Assembly (NCBI GenBank): GCA_013265495.1
Contig: MU058781.1
Location: 1 to 64,000, forward strand
Origin: Vicugna vicugna
Taxonomy: Eukaryota
Length of the DNA: 64,000 nt
Direction of reading: 5' to 3'
Shown here: positions 1-13,070 of the stretch, piece after piece
Layout of the letters: each line of letters begins with the position of its first letter
Position numbering within the stretch: position 1 is the first letter of the stretch
The notes under the pieces: generated by a model
Database searches by the model: none
Told to the model about the DNA's origin: nothing
Seen by the model: the letters and a program-made list of their open reading frames with translations, nothing else
Position numbers and translations under genes: made by a program

Positions 1-1750
1 CACAACATCCTTTCATAAAATAAGCTTCTTATTTCTTTGGAGATATACATTTCCATTTATCTGATTATCTCTCTATCTGTCTATCTACCTACCTATAATT
101 TGAACAAAGGCTCTGTTATTCTGTTTACACTGTGAATGATTATTTTAAGGTGATTTAGGTCCTAACAGCAATATAAGTTCTTTTAGAAATAAACTGGCCA
201 GCCCTCATTCATTTAGACATTTAGAATTATCTGCAATAGGACTAATAAGGAAAGAGGAATTTTACTTAAAATATCTTGTGACAGTAGACTACTGGAATCA
301 TTGGGAAAAAAATGCTAGGGACCAATGGCTTGGAGAAAAATTGTGACATCTTGGTTTATTCCTCTTTAGCATGTTATGATGTAGAAGATGGTGTTTTTCC
401 TTACCTTTTCCCCCTTAATTTTTTTTGTCTTAAGTTTGCTAAAGATAATGGAATAAGAGCAGTGTATTTTTCAGGCTTTTGAGATAACAGGAGAAATTCC
501 AGTCACACATGTGGCAGCACAGAGAGCTAAGGGGCCCGGGAACGAGCATAGCGGACACCACCATGCACTTAAATGTTAGACACAGGCTCTACTTCCATGA
601 GTGTGCTGCTGAACGTAACCTCGGTGAAGCATGCCTAATCCTGGGGAGATAGATCCTGGGGAGATACAGTGCGCATCACTCTGACAAATAAGACTCAAAT
701 TATCTTAAAGCCGTTTCTTTATAAAGTGGCATCTTTCATCTTACATTAAAGGCCGTTATTCATAAGAGCTTTGAGAACATGAAGAGTTGTGCACAAGCTG
801 CATCTTCTCATTAAAATGGCTTGGTGGCGGTGCCCCCTGATTGTTATCACTGCTGGTTCTGGGACAGGAGTACAGTGTCCTTATCCTCAAAAGCCAGTGG
901 GTAGACATAGCTTTTTCAGTTACCTGAAAGAGGAAGAGGTAATCTGTTACATCGCCAAACTGGCTCTTTTGCTACCCGTCGGGAGGTGACATTTAGCGTG
1001 CTAGAGTGCTTTACTTCTTATCAGACGTAACGTCAGAGGTTTTAGTTGCGTTGCCCACATTTGAGGAGGATAGGATATTTGGACGATCTAAGTAGCCAGC
1101 TCAGTCTTGTATTGAATTAGCTGCAATAAGCCAGGTAATCCCTCTGAAACACATTCTGTTGAGTAAGACAGATGGCAACAATGAAAAGATTCATCCTTCC
1201 TTCTAATTTAAGTGTCCTGCTGGAATGAGAGTTTTGTAGCAATACAGGCTGACAGCCAGTTCATTAATAAGCTTTCAGTACCAAAGTGATTGTAACTAAA
1301 CTGAATTGGACTGTGGTGTTGAAATAACACTTACTACTAGCTATGCATACCATGTAACTTCTGTGTGGAACTACTTGTATACACACAGCATATCATACTA
1401 TGTATGTGTATGAGTGTTAAATGCTTTTGGTACAAGGTTAGAGTTGTTTAAAAGATCCTTTTTCATTCTGTGAAGTAGGTGATCGTTAGCAAGACAAGGC
1501 TTTAAAACCTTGCTTAAATTACTCACTCATGTGCCCTCTGCTACAGCTACAGTATTGATGATCTTTGATCAAATTATTAGGGCAACTGGTAGCAAAACGA
1601 ATACTGCCTGGGAATCCGGAGATCTCAATTCTGGCAAGTCTCTGCCACTGTCATGGTCTATAACTGAGAAGTAGCACCCTCCCAAAGATCTCTCACCACT
1701 GTCCCCTTGCCAAGTAGGCTAACAATCCCCTGTCTTGGGCCGTCACAATT

Positions 1751-2296
1751 CTTTTTATTTTTTAATATATTTTTATTGAAGTATAGTCCATTTACAATGT
1801 TGTGTCAATTTCTGGTGTACAGCACAATTCTTCAGTCATATATGAATATACATATATTTATTTTTGTATTCTTTTTCACCATAGGTTACTACAAAATATT
1901 GAATATAGTTCCCTGTGCTCTACCTTATAAACTTGTTGTTTATCTATTTGATATATAGTAGTTAGTATCTGCAAATCTCGAACTCCCAGTTTATCCCTTC
2001 CCACCCTCTTTCCCCATTGGTAACCATAAGTTCATTTTCTATGTCTGTGAGTCTGTTTCTGTTTTGTAAGTAAGTTTGTATGTCTTTTTTTTTTAAGATT
2101 CCACATATAAGTGATATCATATGGTATTTTTCTTTCTCTTCCTGGCTTACTTCACTTAGAATGACATTCTCCAGGTCCATCCATGTTGCTGCAAATAGCA
2201 TTATTTTATTATTTTTTATGGCTGAATAGTATTCCATTATATAAATATACCACAACTTCTTTATCCAGTCATCTGTTGATGGACATTTAGGTTGTT
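1751..2296 (-). mobile_element. Young 5'-truncated L1 (camelid-type 3' UTR plus ORF2 C-terminus)
   Basis: Poly-T start followed by L1 3' UTR; ORF 1962..2255 ([38 protein letters not shown]) is the L1 ORF2 C-terminus; closely similar to the copy at 42322-42820. Confidence 0.95.
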
Positions 2297-2399
2297 CTTA
2301 TACTCACTTCTGTTTGCTTCTTAGAGCAGTAATCACAGTGTTTTCCAGTTTCTGTGCTTCTCTCTTTATCTCTCTGTCTCCCTCTACCCACCTCCTTTA

Positions 2400-2510
2400 C
2401 TGGGCTGTGAGTTCTAGAAGGCAGTGACCATGCCATATGTTTATCTTCATTATCGAATGTAGCGCTTTCCATTGAGGGGGCACTCAATGAATATGTCCTG
2501 AACAAACAGA
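2400..2510 (+). mobile_element. L2 3' tail fragment
   Basis: ctgtgagttctagaaggcagtgacc...gcactcaatgaatatgtcctgaac resembles the L2 3' terminus. Confidence 0.7.
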
Positions 2511-3329
2511 TTTGTATGTGAGGGAGTTGGAATAGAGTATCTTTAATGACTCAGTGATTTCTGTTTATAACTTGATAGTTGGTACAGTTATTTAATAATA
2601 TAATTGGTCTGTAATAAAATTAGTTGGGTGAATCATTCCCAAAGCTATCAGGGGGATTATTCCAGATTATGAAGCCCTAGGTTGCCTGGGTTTGCTGTGG
2701 ACATCTGAGGTGTGTTATTCATTGGTTTGTGACTTACTGACAGTAATTTGAATATTTTATAGTCATTCAGTCACATTATGAACCTCAACAATAGAATAAT
2801 TTTTTTTATGGCTGTTTCATGAAACAGTACAATCTGAAGATTATTTTGTCATACTTTAAAGGATGTATTTCTAATTATTAATCTCATCAGATCATTGAAC
2901 ACATTAGTTAGTGACACTGCTAAAATGGGTAGCAGTGCTATACTCTGAAATTTTATTGAGAGCTCCAACCAGAACATGCATGCACAATATAATTCTGGAT
3001 GGTTGAAATATCTGAAGGCATGCAGATTTAAAGGTAATGACATTTAATATGGAAATGTGATTTTGAGACTCAACCAAAAGAATTGCTTTAGTCCTGCACT
3101 TTCATGTACATGTAGGGTTGGGTTTTCATCTGGATCTGAACCTTGGAAGAAAGTCAGCAATTTGAGGGTTGAACTCAACTCAAATTATTTCCTTTTCTTT
3201 TGTACTTAATTAATAGGCTATGCTCTAGACTACTGGTCAGAGAAGATACCCCAGACATGTTTTATGCTGGTATTTCTGGGATTTTTAATTTAAATATTTG
3301 TATATTTTAAATTTTGTTGTCTTCTTTAA

Positions 3330-3622
3330 GTTTTAATGTTGTTTATGATCATGAAACACATCGACATAGTTAAAAATTCAAAAGTTGCAGATGCATAGGT
3401 AATGAAGAGTTGGTCACATACCTTGGTCTCATTTACTTAGTTCCCCTCTCCTAAGACAGCCAATGTTACCAGTATTGGAATATATTTCCAGTAATGTTAA
3501 CACACATAAGACGTATACACACATGAATCTATTTTTTCCTCTTTAAAAACCTTAGATGGCCGTATAATACATAATTTTCTGCATCTGGCTTTTCTCATCT
3601 ATTGATACATCTTAGAGATTTC
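3330..3622 (-). mobile_element. Ancient L1ME-type 3' end
   Basis: Degenerate L1ME 3' UTR motifs (aaaaattcaaaa...ttcccctctcc...caatgttaccagt...ttttctgcatctggcttttctca). Confidence 0.7.
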
Positions 3623-5159
3623 TTAAGTTGAAATGGTGGAAAAAACTGGATTCTACCAAAACAGGGGCTCAGGTTATATAAAACACAAGACTTCTTTTTT
3701 CATTTGTCTGTCCATGTATATTTATATTTTAGTCATAGATATTATTGCTACATTTATATTTTATTCATGTATATTTATATCATGTATAATTTTTGGTCTA
3801 GTCAATCATCATGCATTAAATCATGACATGTTCAGTATGATCAGGTGTTCCTTTCACATTGATTATGGGGGAGGGAAGCAAAGGACAAGTGTTTGCAGCA
3901 AAGTGTAAGTTTAAACTTCAGACTTCAAATAAAAGTTTTCATGCAGAACAGAGGGACTTGTTATTCAAGGGTGTGGAAACCATGACATAATTAAGAATCA
4001 CTGAAATAAAAGAGCACTCGGTTATTGTCCTCAAATAATTAGATGTCTCTTATATAAACAGTAATTAGATTTTTGTGGCTCTGGACTGCAGAACTAGAAC
4101 TAGACTGAGACATATTTACAGCATTTCCTGTTCCCGTGACTTTAAGCAGAGGAACTTCCCACAGTGAAATGGGCCGTCTCATGAAGTGCACAGCAGAGAC
4201 TAGAATGGCCTTTTTCTGGGATGTTTTTATGCAAGGGATCCTTGTACTATAAAAGTGACCTTGATAACCATTTAGGGTTCCAGCCCTGACATGCTCTCTT
4301 CCAGACCAGTGCACCTGACAAGGCCAAGCCTTGGGGCTGCTTAATGGCAAAAACTGCTCCTTCTATGTCATGCAATTCCCAACAGAAGGAGCAGTACCAA
4401 GAGACGAGCATTTTCAACAGCAGCTCATCCTTGTAGGCAGAGGTGAATTGGTACAGAACTCTTCTATACCAACAGTTAAGTGTAATAGAAATAAAAGGAA
4501 TTTTCTTTGTCCTAAAAATAATAGAAAAATGTAAGAACCACTTTAGAACTAAACAGCACTATTTCTGTGTTAAATAAAACAGTGTGTTTGGACACAATTT
4601 TCCCCATTAAGAACACTTTATTGTGTCTTCAATCTTGGTGCATGTATAGTGAGTGGTTGAACAAGAAAGCCTTCTCTGGCGCTGACTAGTTCTGATGTAG
4701 TTTTTTAATTTTATGAAATCATATAATTCTGAGTTTCCAGCTAGCTTCTTAAGAGCAGGGTTGAGGTCTAACATGGCTGGAAATTCTCGATCATCCTATC
4801 ACAGTGTTTTACCCAAACAAATATTTCTTGAATGTATCAATAACTCATCAGCTCAGCCAAGACCGACTTCTTCACTGCTCTACATGAATATCTGTAATGT
4901 TCATTATTAGTGGGAGTACACTCCCTAATAGTGTTTCCCCTTTTGAACTGTCAGTGGTTTTGTTTCAGTAGCCTGCATTGTGTCCTCTTCTCCAGTTTTT
5001 CTTCAATTCTAATATCCTTCAGATTTTGGACCTAACTTTTTTACACCTCGTTATTGTCTTTCTTTCTTCCCCATTCTCTGTCTTTAGATACCTTAATACT
5101 TAATGCCATATGGTTTATACCAAATTATCATAATCTCCTATTACTCACTTTTGCAGATG

Positions 5160-5680
5160 TACAAAGAGTTCCCATATACCCCACCCTCACCAGTTTCCCT
5201 GTTATGAACATCCTGTATTAGAGTGGAATATTTATTACAATTGATGAGCCAATATGGATACATTATCACTAACTAAAGTCCATAGTTTGCATTCAGATTC
5301 CACTCTTGGTGTCTGGACAAACGTGTAATGATATGTCCTGTATCCACCATTTAAAGTCACATACAGAGTTGTTTCATTGCCCTAAAAATACCCTGTGCTC
5401 CACCTATTCATCCCTCCCTCTCTTCACCATGAGCCCCTGGCAGCCACTCATCTTCTACTGTCTTCATTGTTCTGCTTTTTCCAGAAGTCACATAGTTGGA
5501 ATCATACAGTATGTAACCTTTTCAGATTGACTTGTTTTGTTTAGCAATAAGCATTTAAGGTTCCTGCATGTCTTTCCTTGGCTTGATGGCTCGTTTCTTT
5601 TTATTGCCGAGTCATCTTTTAGTGTATGAATGTACCACAGTTTGTTTATCCATTCACATTTTGAAAGCCATTTCTGTTAT
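5160..5680 (-). mobile_element. L1MC-type 3' end
   Basis: gagttcccatatacccc...tacaattgatgagccaatatggatacattatcactaactaaagtccatagttt...ggaatcatacagtatgtaaccttttcagattg. Confidence 0.85.
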
Positions 5681-6063
5681 TTTCTAGAGAATATTTTTTT
5701 CTTTATGTGGTATTTAGAAGATTAATTAAATGCAGAAGTGAAAACTATAGCTAATGTAGTTTATTATTTCCGGAAATAGAAGGTATTAGAAAATATGCCT
5801 CATAGTGAAACATTCAATTAAAATCTCTTTTACTCTGAGGTCAGTATTTCATCAATATATGACAGAACTTAGATTGTTAAAATAAACATACTCTTTTTGC
5901 AATCATAAAAACAAACATTAAAAAAAATTATTTTCTGCATGATCAAGATCCCCAAAAGTATGAATGTACAGAGAAATCTTTTCTTATGGATGATTATTTT
6001 ATTATTACTTCTCACAAAAAATTTTAGTAGGAAAGCTTTTAATGTATAAATTTAGTTAAGGCT

Positions 6064-6440
6064 TATAGAGTCCTGGAATGTACAAAGGGAGCTTAGAGTC
6101 ATCTGGTCCAGTCCATCACCAGTACCTGAATTTCTTCTCTGATGCTGAAGGCATGTGGTCTTATAGCATATGTTTGTATGACAGGAAGATCTTATAGATC
6201 AATGGGTTTCACTTTTTAAGATAACTCTAATCATTAGAAAGATTTCCCTTTTATTGAATTAACTCCATTTTCCCATAATTTCTACCCAATCATTCTAATT
6301 CTGCTCCATGAATCGTAAAGAAGAAATTTAATCTTCCTCCCAACGATATCCCTTTGAATATTCAAAATATAGCCGTAATGTCTTGTTGCATATTATACTT
6401 CCTGAGCTCCTCATCGTCTTAGATCTCTTCCTCAGAATGG
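6064..6440 (-). mobile_element. L3/CR1 LINE 3' fragment
   Basis: gggagcttagagtcatctggtccag...ttagaaagatttccctt...ccctttgaatattcaaaatatagc matches the recalled L3 3' region. Confidence 0.7.
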
Positions 6441-6496
6441 TTGTGCTAACACCACCATTCAAAAAATTTTGTGAATGCATGTCCAAGTTTTTCTCC

Positions 6497-6790
6497 TTCA
6501 TTCACTCACAATTTCTTGAGTGCCTACAACTGACAGACACTGTGTTAGACACCAGGAATGCAACGATAAACCAGACAAAAGGTGAAACGTACTTCCAGTG
6601 GATGAATACAGACCAACAAAAGAAAAACAGTAAGTGAAATAAAGTCAAATAATTATTAAGTGTGAAAAATGTAATGAGGGAAACAGACAAGGGGCCAAGA
6701 GAGAAACTACGGAATGAGAGAAGTAACTTCAAAAGGGTGTTTGGGGAAGGCCAGTCTGAGGAAGTGTCTAAAGAAGGGGGCTAGGATGCA
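6497..6790 (-). mobile_element. L2 3' portion (continues at 7710)
   Basis: ttcattcactcacaatttcttgagtgcctac...actgtgttagacaccagg is the antisense L2 3' end. Confidence 0.8.
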
Positions 6791-6809
6791 GCGAGAAAAG
6801 GCATGGACC

Positions 6810-7333
6810 ACGTGGTTCTAAAAGATGTCTGCATATCATTTCCTAAGATGGAGACTAATTTCCCCACCTTAAATCTGGGCTAGACTTCTGATCCTCTTCC
6901 AATAAATAGGATGTGGCAGAAGGGATGCTATGTAATTTCTTAGGTGTGGTCATAAAAAAGAAATAGCTTCCACTGGGTTCGCTCCCTCTTGGATCAGTCA
7001 TTCTGAGAGAAGTTGGCTGCCATGATGTGACTCCAAGCCTGCGGAGAATCCCATGTGGGAGGAACTGGGGCCCCGCCAGCAGCAAGCACCGGGTGGTGCA
7101 TGTGAATGACCCTGCGAGTCAACCATTTTTGGAGGTGGATCCACCTGCCCCCGTCATGCCTTCAGTTGACCCAGCCCCAGTCCACATCATGTCTAAAACC
7201 TCATGAGAGACCGCAGACCAGGACCAATCAGCTAAGCCACTTCTGAGTTCGTGACCCACAGAGGCAGACCACGTTTATTGTTGCTCTGAACCACTGAGTT
7301 TTGAGAGAATTTGCTATGCAGGTAACTAATAGA
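6810..7333 (+). mobile_element. MaLR solo LTR (MLT1F-like)
   Basis: aaatctgggctagac...ggctgccatgatgtga...cagctaagccacttctgagttcgtgacccacaga...taactaataga. Confidence 0.85.
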
Positions 7334-7340
7334 GAAGGGA

Positions 7341-7645
7341 TGTGTCAGTCAGATTGCTTTTGGCTTCAAATAACATTAGACTCAATTAAAAGCACCTTAA
7401 CAATGAGGAATTTCTTGTAGCCCTTACTAAGAAGCCCAGAGGTAGGGCCACTCCAGGACTGGTCAGTTCTTGGCACAATCACATACCCAGGATCTCGCCA
7501 CTCTGCGCTGCCATCCTTACCAGGTCGGTGTCGTCTCCTCACAGAGCCTCCGTAGCAGCAATATCAGGCATACCCTGGGCAAGAGAGGCATTTCCTCCTG
7601 TGTGTGTTTTTGTAGATAAGGAAGATCTTTCCCTCACAGTTGGTG
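7341..7645 (-). mobile_element. Old MaLR LTR fragment (MLT1K/L-like)
   Basis: tgtgtcagtcagattgcttttggcttcaaataac...aagaagcccagaggtaggg...ctctgcgctgccatcct. Confidence 0.65.
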
Positions 7646-7709
7646 GCCTGAACAAAAAGAAAACAAAAGAACAAAAGAAAAGACCCCACTTAAACGTGTA
7701 TCTGGCAAA

Positions 7710-8512
7710 TGAGAAGGAGAAAGCAGGGGCTCTGGATGACACCTAGGCTTCTGGCTTAAGCAACTAGCTGGAAGGTGGTGGGTTTTTGTGTTTTTTGTTT
7801 TTTTCATTTGTGTGGGGAAATCAAGAGTTCCATTTTGTATATGTTAAATCTGAGATTCTATAAGACATATACATTAAGTCATCAGGGAGCAGTTGGATTT
7901 TTACATTTGGAGTGAAAAGAGATAAAAATGTAAGCATAATCAACAAAAAGATGGTATTTGAATCCATGTAGTAGATGACTTGACGACAGGGGAGTAGGTG
8001 ATAGGTGGCAGAGGAGGCCCACAGCCACGTGTGAAGAACTCCAGCATCTCAGATCTGGGGACAAGAGGGGCCAGTGAAGGGAAACCCGGGTAAGTAGGTG
8101 GTAGGAGGGCAGGCAGAGGATGGTGTCCTGGGCGCTGCAAAGGCAGTGTTTCCCAAGAAGGGCGAAGTGGTTAGTTATGTCCTGTTTGCCAAAAGATTGA
8201 ACAAGATGAAGGCATAAAAGTGACCTTTGGATGTAGCACAGGATGCTGAGAAAGGAGGCAGATTCATAAGAGGTTGAAGGATTCATGGAGCGTGAGCAAG
8301 TAGACAACACGCGTATTCAACTCCTTGGAGGAGTTTGGCATTGAGGGGATGAAGATAGTTATAAGAAGATGCAGGATCCAGAAGATGGAGGCTTGAGTCA
8401 GAAGACACCAGAGAGCATCTATATGCTAATGGAAACTTTCTCTTAGAGGAAAAGAGAATGACTGATAATGCGGGAGAAATGAGGGACAGCTGAAAGTGTA
8501 AAATCCCCGAGG
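7710..8512 (-). mobile_element. L2 ORF2 (reverse transcriptase) remnant
   Basis: ORF 7882..8310 contains HGFKYHLFVDYAYIFIS, a decayed form of the L2 RT motif HGFKYHLYADDSQIYIS; purine-rich antisense L2 sequence. Confidence 0.85.
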
Positions 8513-8653
8513 ACAATACACACACATTTATGCACATTCCTATGCAGTTACAAAATTAATCATTAGAGTACAAATAGAATACCCCCATTGTTTGGGGAGA
8601 GTAATTTAAGCAGTATGTTGGATCAATTAACTATTCTTTGGTGAGACAATTTT

Positions 8654-8880
8654 GCAAAGTAGCTAAGAATCCATACTCCTAGAAACAAGATCGTTGGGGT
8701 TTCAAATCAGCTGTGTGACGTTGAGGAATCCACTTAACCTTTCTGTGCACCACTTCCCTAACTGTTATAAAGTGGGTATGGTAATAAAAGTACCCCCCTC
8801 CTAGGATTGTCATCAAGGTCACCTGAGTTAATGAACATAAAATGTTTAGAGCGGTGACTCCTACATGGTAGATGATCTGT
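8654..8880 (+). mobile_element. MIR SINE
   Basis: MIR core gctgtgtgacgttgaggaatccacttaacctttctgtgc and 3' part taggattgtcatcaagg...aaaatgtttagagc. Confidence 0.8.
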
Positions 8881-9479
8881 GTGCCAGGTACCTACTTGCT
8901 AGTATTTGCTGGATTTAGTTCTACTAAGTGATTTAAGCTAAAGATGCTGTCTTTGGGAAAAATTATGGATTTAAATTTTATTATTTTTACATGATTTTGA
9001 AGTAATGTGTAGAAAAGTGCCATATATTGAGATGCAGCCTCAAGTAAGAAAGTGAAATTTACATTTTGAAAGATAGTTATCCGAGCCTCCTTAAATCGAT
9101 TGGTTAGTCTTAGCCATTTATTATTTTCTTCTTGTTGGAACTCTTGCCTTGGAATATAAAAGTTCAAAAAAACTTGATCACTAGACATTCATCAGAAAGC
9201 ATCCAGAGAATATTTGAGGGGAGGCAGTCAGGGTGCTAAATTAAACAATATAGTTCGAAATGGGAGATGGATTCAAATCTGGTACTACTTGCACCGCACT
9301 TTCTTCCTTCCTCACCAGATGCTAATTCACACCTAAGACTGCCCAGCTGCTCGCAGGAGTCTGCAAAGACAGAACAGTTACAGGAATTAATGCTCAGTGG
9401 ATATACAACACGGAGACCCTGAAGAACTGAAAAAGCATGAATAAATGTATTCCAATTACAGGCTAATGCAGGCAATGGG

Positions 9480-10030
9480 GTTATGGTACTTAGAGGTCTG
9501 GATCCGCTCTCTGACAGCCTGCAGACATTAGGAGCCCCTCAAGACTCGCCTGCAATGCGGGCATTGTGGAGTGATTTTTACTTTACTGCCTTTTCCATCA
9601 GATCATCCCCTTTCTTTCACACACAAGGTTAATTCACTTCTTGATCACATTATTTCCTCGCTGCTCGTTGACAGTATAAAAATTCTGAGTGGACAGCTCA
9701 ATCCCTCTTCCGTCTCAGATTTGATTGTTACGGTATTGCCTGGCGTCCCTCCGAGGCCTCCAGCAGCCTTTGCCGCACTTTATGACACTTAAATGGCTCG
9801 GCTACAATTCCTCCATCTATTCACGAAATGCTGTTAATAACTCATTTCCAAAGAGGCCCTTCTTTATGTCTTGGCATTAAAGGAATTTTTATTAGGTGCC
9901 AGGATAGGTGACACACAGCCCCAGTAACCAAAGAGTTAATTAATCTGTTGAAATTTATTGCCTTTTATACTGCACTCAGTGTGACAGTCCCTAAGAGAAA
10001 CAGATACTATATTTACAACCCGGGTTGAAA
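9480..10030. promoter_or_regulatory. Candidate conserved non-coding element / developmental enhancer
   Basis: No recognisable repeat; about 12 CpGs in 9500-9830; TGACAG at 9512, 9669 and 9982, TGATTG at 9722, TTTATGAC at 9779, TAATTAA near 9937. Confidence 0.45.
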
Positions 10031-12264
10031 TATTCAGTAATATAGTCTGCATACTGACCTACTCCATCAGTGTATGCCTTCTGCTGGAACATCCATTAAT
10101 CACAGAAGATGAATTTGTGTAATCTATCTTCTTTCTTATTCTGAGATTCCAATAAATATTGAAATAATAATTTATTGATTACCTTGCAATATAAATGTGT
10201 GGTAAAGTCACCCAAGACATTTGCATGGTAATGCATTTTGGAAGTTCTTGGCATTCTGTGGGAATGAAGGGCAAAGCTGTGATAGGAGTGACATGGAATA
10301 CTCTTGTAGGCAAAATACCAAACTTAATTTCATACTGTATGCAGGGAAATGATAAGGCAGTTTCTGGACTACCCCAAGTCAAAAACACAGCCTCGATAAT
10401 CACATTCTCCAAAGTAAACAACATGAGTATTTGTTATCACATTTATACTTTGCCTTCTTTGTGTTTTATCCTCAGAATATCTTGGATCACAGATAATTTC
10501 CTTGTGCCACCTTTCACTTGTAAAATTACTTCTTTCCTGCACTGAGAACAGGCAAAGATGAAAAGAGTATAGGGATGGTAGGCAGTGTCTTCCGTTTAAT
10601 TCCAGTAAAATCTTCTGGGATCATTTTATAAATTCTCAGTCTAAATTGTATGTTTCCTGTGATTGCAGTTTCCATAGTCCTTTGGGTTCTTCCCCTAAAT
10701 CTAAATTCATTTGTACAATTTCCATGAGTTTTTTCTGTTACTTATGGGGCAGTAGTTTTGTTGTAATTCTAGGGTCATGAAAAATTTTGCATCAGATCGG
10801 ATTTGGTTCAGAAACACTGGAGAAGTATATGAAAGTTGTTACAGAACATAGGGATGTCCTTGTGGATCAAGCATAATTATTGTTAAAAACTCAAAATTGT
10901 AAATGTCCTTGCATCTGGATATATTATGCTGTTTGGGCAAACATAAGCTGAATAGACAGCATTTCTGTTCTGTTCATATACCACCACCAGCAGCATTACA
11001 CTTCAGGGTTTGCTACAGGTGCAGTTCCAGGTTGAATTTGGTCATGTTCAGTTAATGTTGCTCACGTCTGGTCTCCATAATAATTTATCAAAGTTTTGGG
11101 CAACTCTTTATGATCAGGGTAACTCTGCAAATCGGGTGAAATTCTAATGTGTGAAGTTTGTTTTCTAGGGTTTTACTGATAAGGTTAAACCAGATGGTGA
11201 AATGTAATAAGTTGGAGATACAGTTTTGATACACAGTCAGTCACTTCTGAAGTGGTAATGAATATGCATAAAGGATTGGAGCTTTTTAGATTCACTTTTT
11301 GGTCATGAAATTGAAAATATACTGTTTTGGAGGATAAAGGAGTATTTCATTATAATTCTCCTAACATTTAAACCTCTTGGCTATGTACTTCTAAAAGAGG
11401 GCAAAGTAATTTGAAAATTCAGCCAAAAATTTTTATATATAGTATATTTATATCATATTGTCAAAATGAAAAATAATGTAACTTTCTTAATGTCACCTGA
11501 CAGTGTTCCTGATGTAGATTTCAAAATTAAATATATTTTCTTACATATTTTCGTAACAATAATACCAATTAAGTCATATATTTCTGAAATCTCTATTTTA
11601 TTTTGATGAAACCTCAAATCAGTGTATACTAATATATTATAGAATCAAGCAGCCCTAAACCTTATTCTGTTATACCACTTGCTAATTTGGCACAGATAGT
11701 CTTCTTTGAAGATGGACAATATACAGTTTTTAAATTGGTTTGATTTCTACTGATTTGATTATTTTAACTGTGGATTAATTATGGATTATATATTTAAGTA
11801 TCTAACAAAAATTATATTGTTGCATTAGATTATTTCTTTAGTGATTAGGTTTCTTATGAGATGACGTATCACCACATAATAGCTGTACTCTTTCTTTTTT
11901 GGGGGGGAGGGTCCTTTTTACTCATCGGTATTAATAGTTGCTCCTTGTTCTGCTCATATAAAGTTACATTCTGATTTAAGCTCTCCCTGGTGTTTGGCTA
12001 ATTAGACTGTTCATTTAAAGTATACTATGTTTTATTACCTTATCTTCCATGGTATTTTACATTTTGGATTGACTGATTCTAATTCCTGTTTCACAGTGGT
12101 ACAATTTCACAGTAGCATAACCTTGGGAATCCATTAAATTTGGCCTTTAAAACACTGCTTTATTTTTCTCCACATAGTTGTGAAAAGCTGTGGCATTTTC
12201 CAGCACCCACACTGACTCCTGTTTTATAACAATGCTATTTCCCCTTCCCTTCTTAATCCAAGTC

Positions 12265-12420
12265 AGTGAAACACAATATATACTTATTAAGCATTCATTT
12301 CATGGCAAGTTCTATGTCAAGTACTGGGTATATGGACTTGAATTGGCATAATTGCTGCTCTAAAGCTATTCGAATTTAAAGTCTGTTGATTGAAATAGAA
12401 AAGTAACAAATAATGATTTT
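12265..12420 (-). mobile_element. L2 3' fragment
   Basis: acttattaagcattc...ggcaagttctatgtcaagtactggg. Confidence 0.55.
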
Positions 12421-12491
12421 TAAAACCCTGGTTTCCTCTCTCATCACACCAAGGCTTTAATTTCAGAAACTTGAAGTTGAATAATTTTGGA

Positions 12492-12735
12492 AGCTAGCCA
12501 TTTATTCAGCTTTCATGCAAGAGCTGGCACTTCTTTAAGCACTTGAAATGGATTATTTTACTTAATCTTCACAAGGCTGAGAGACAAGTACTATCATTGT
12601 ATCATCCCCATTTTACTGATGGGTGAGGTTAGTTATAGAGAGGTGAGGACACCCGCCCAGACCCTTACTTCTAATGTACCTGAGGGGGCATTGGAATGAG
12701 GCCACCCAGTCCATCCCTGGGGCACTTGACCAACC
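12492..12735 (-). mobile_element. MIR SINE
   Basis: catttattcagc...ttaatcttcaca...atccccattttactgatg. Confidence 0.8.
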
Positions 12736-12799
12736 TCCCTCTCCCATTTCTGCAGGATAAGACACAAGGTTTTCAGGGTAAGAACTGATGACTCTTTTT

Positions 12800-13070
12800 G
12801 TCTATTGCTCATCTCTCATTATTGAATCCTTTCCCCAGGGACTTACAGTGCCCCTCCATCATATGACAAGTTTCTACCCATGTCCAAGATGGTTTCTAGG
12901 CTCTGTTTTATTCCTAGGTAATCTGTACCATTCCTTTGGTTTATCTGTTCCTGCCCTATTCCTACTGTTTAAATTGCTATAATTTTTATGCAATTTTTAA
13001 TGTCTGATTGGATGACAGTCATTTCCTTTTTCTGATGCAAAATGTGTTTTCTGTTCTTGGTGACTTACTT
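12800..13070 (-). mobile_element. Old L1 ORF2 fragment
   Basis: tcattattgaatcctttcccc...ggtttctaggctctgttttattcc. Confidence 0.55.

Noticed and set aside
10195..11200. 116-aa ORF and adjacent sequence as an exon, transposase or endogenous viral remnant
   Set aside because: No recognisable domain in the frames I translated; frequent stops; no supporting splice pair
11890..11912. Tiny SINE-tail insertion (poly-T plus gggggggagg)
   Set aside because: Too short and no convincing TSD
12757..12778. 22-nt micro-exon (ctgcag|...AGG|gtaaga)
   Set aside because: Frameshifting length and wedged between MIR and L1 remnants; likely chance
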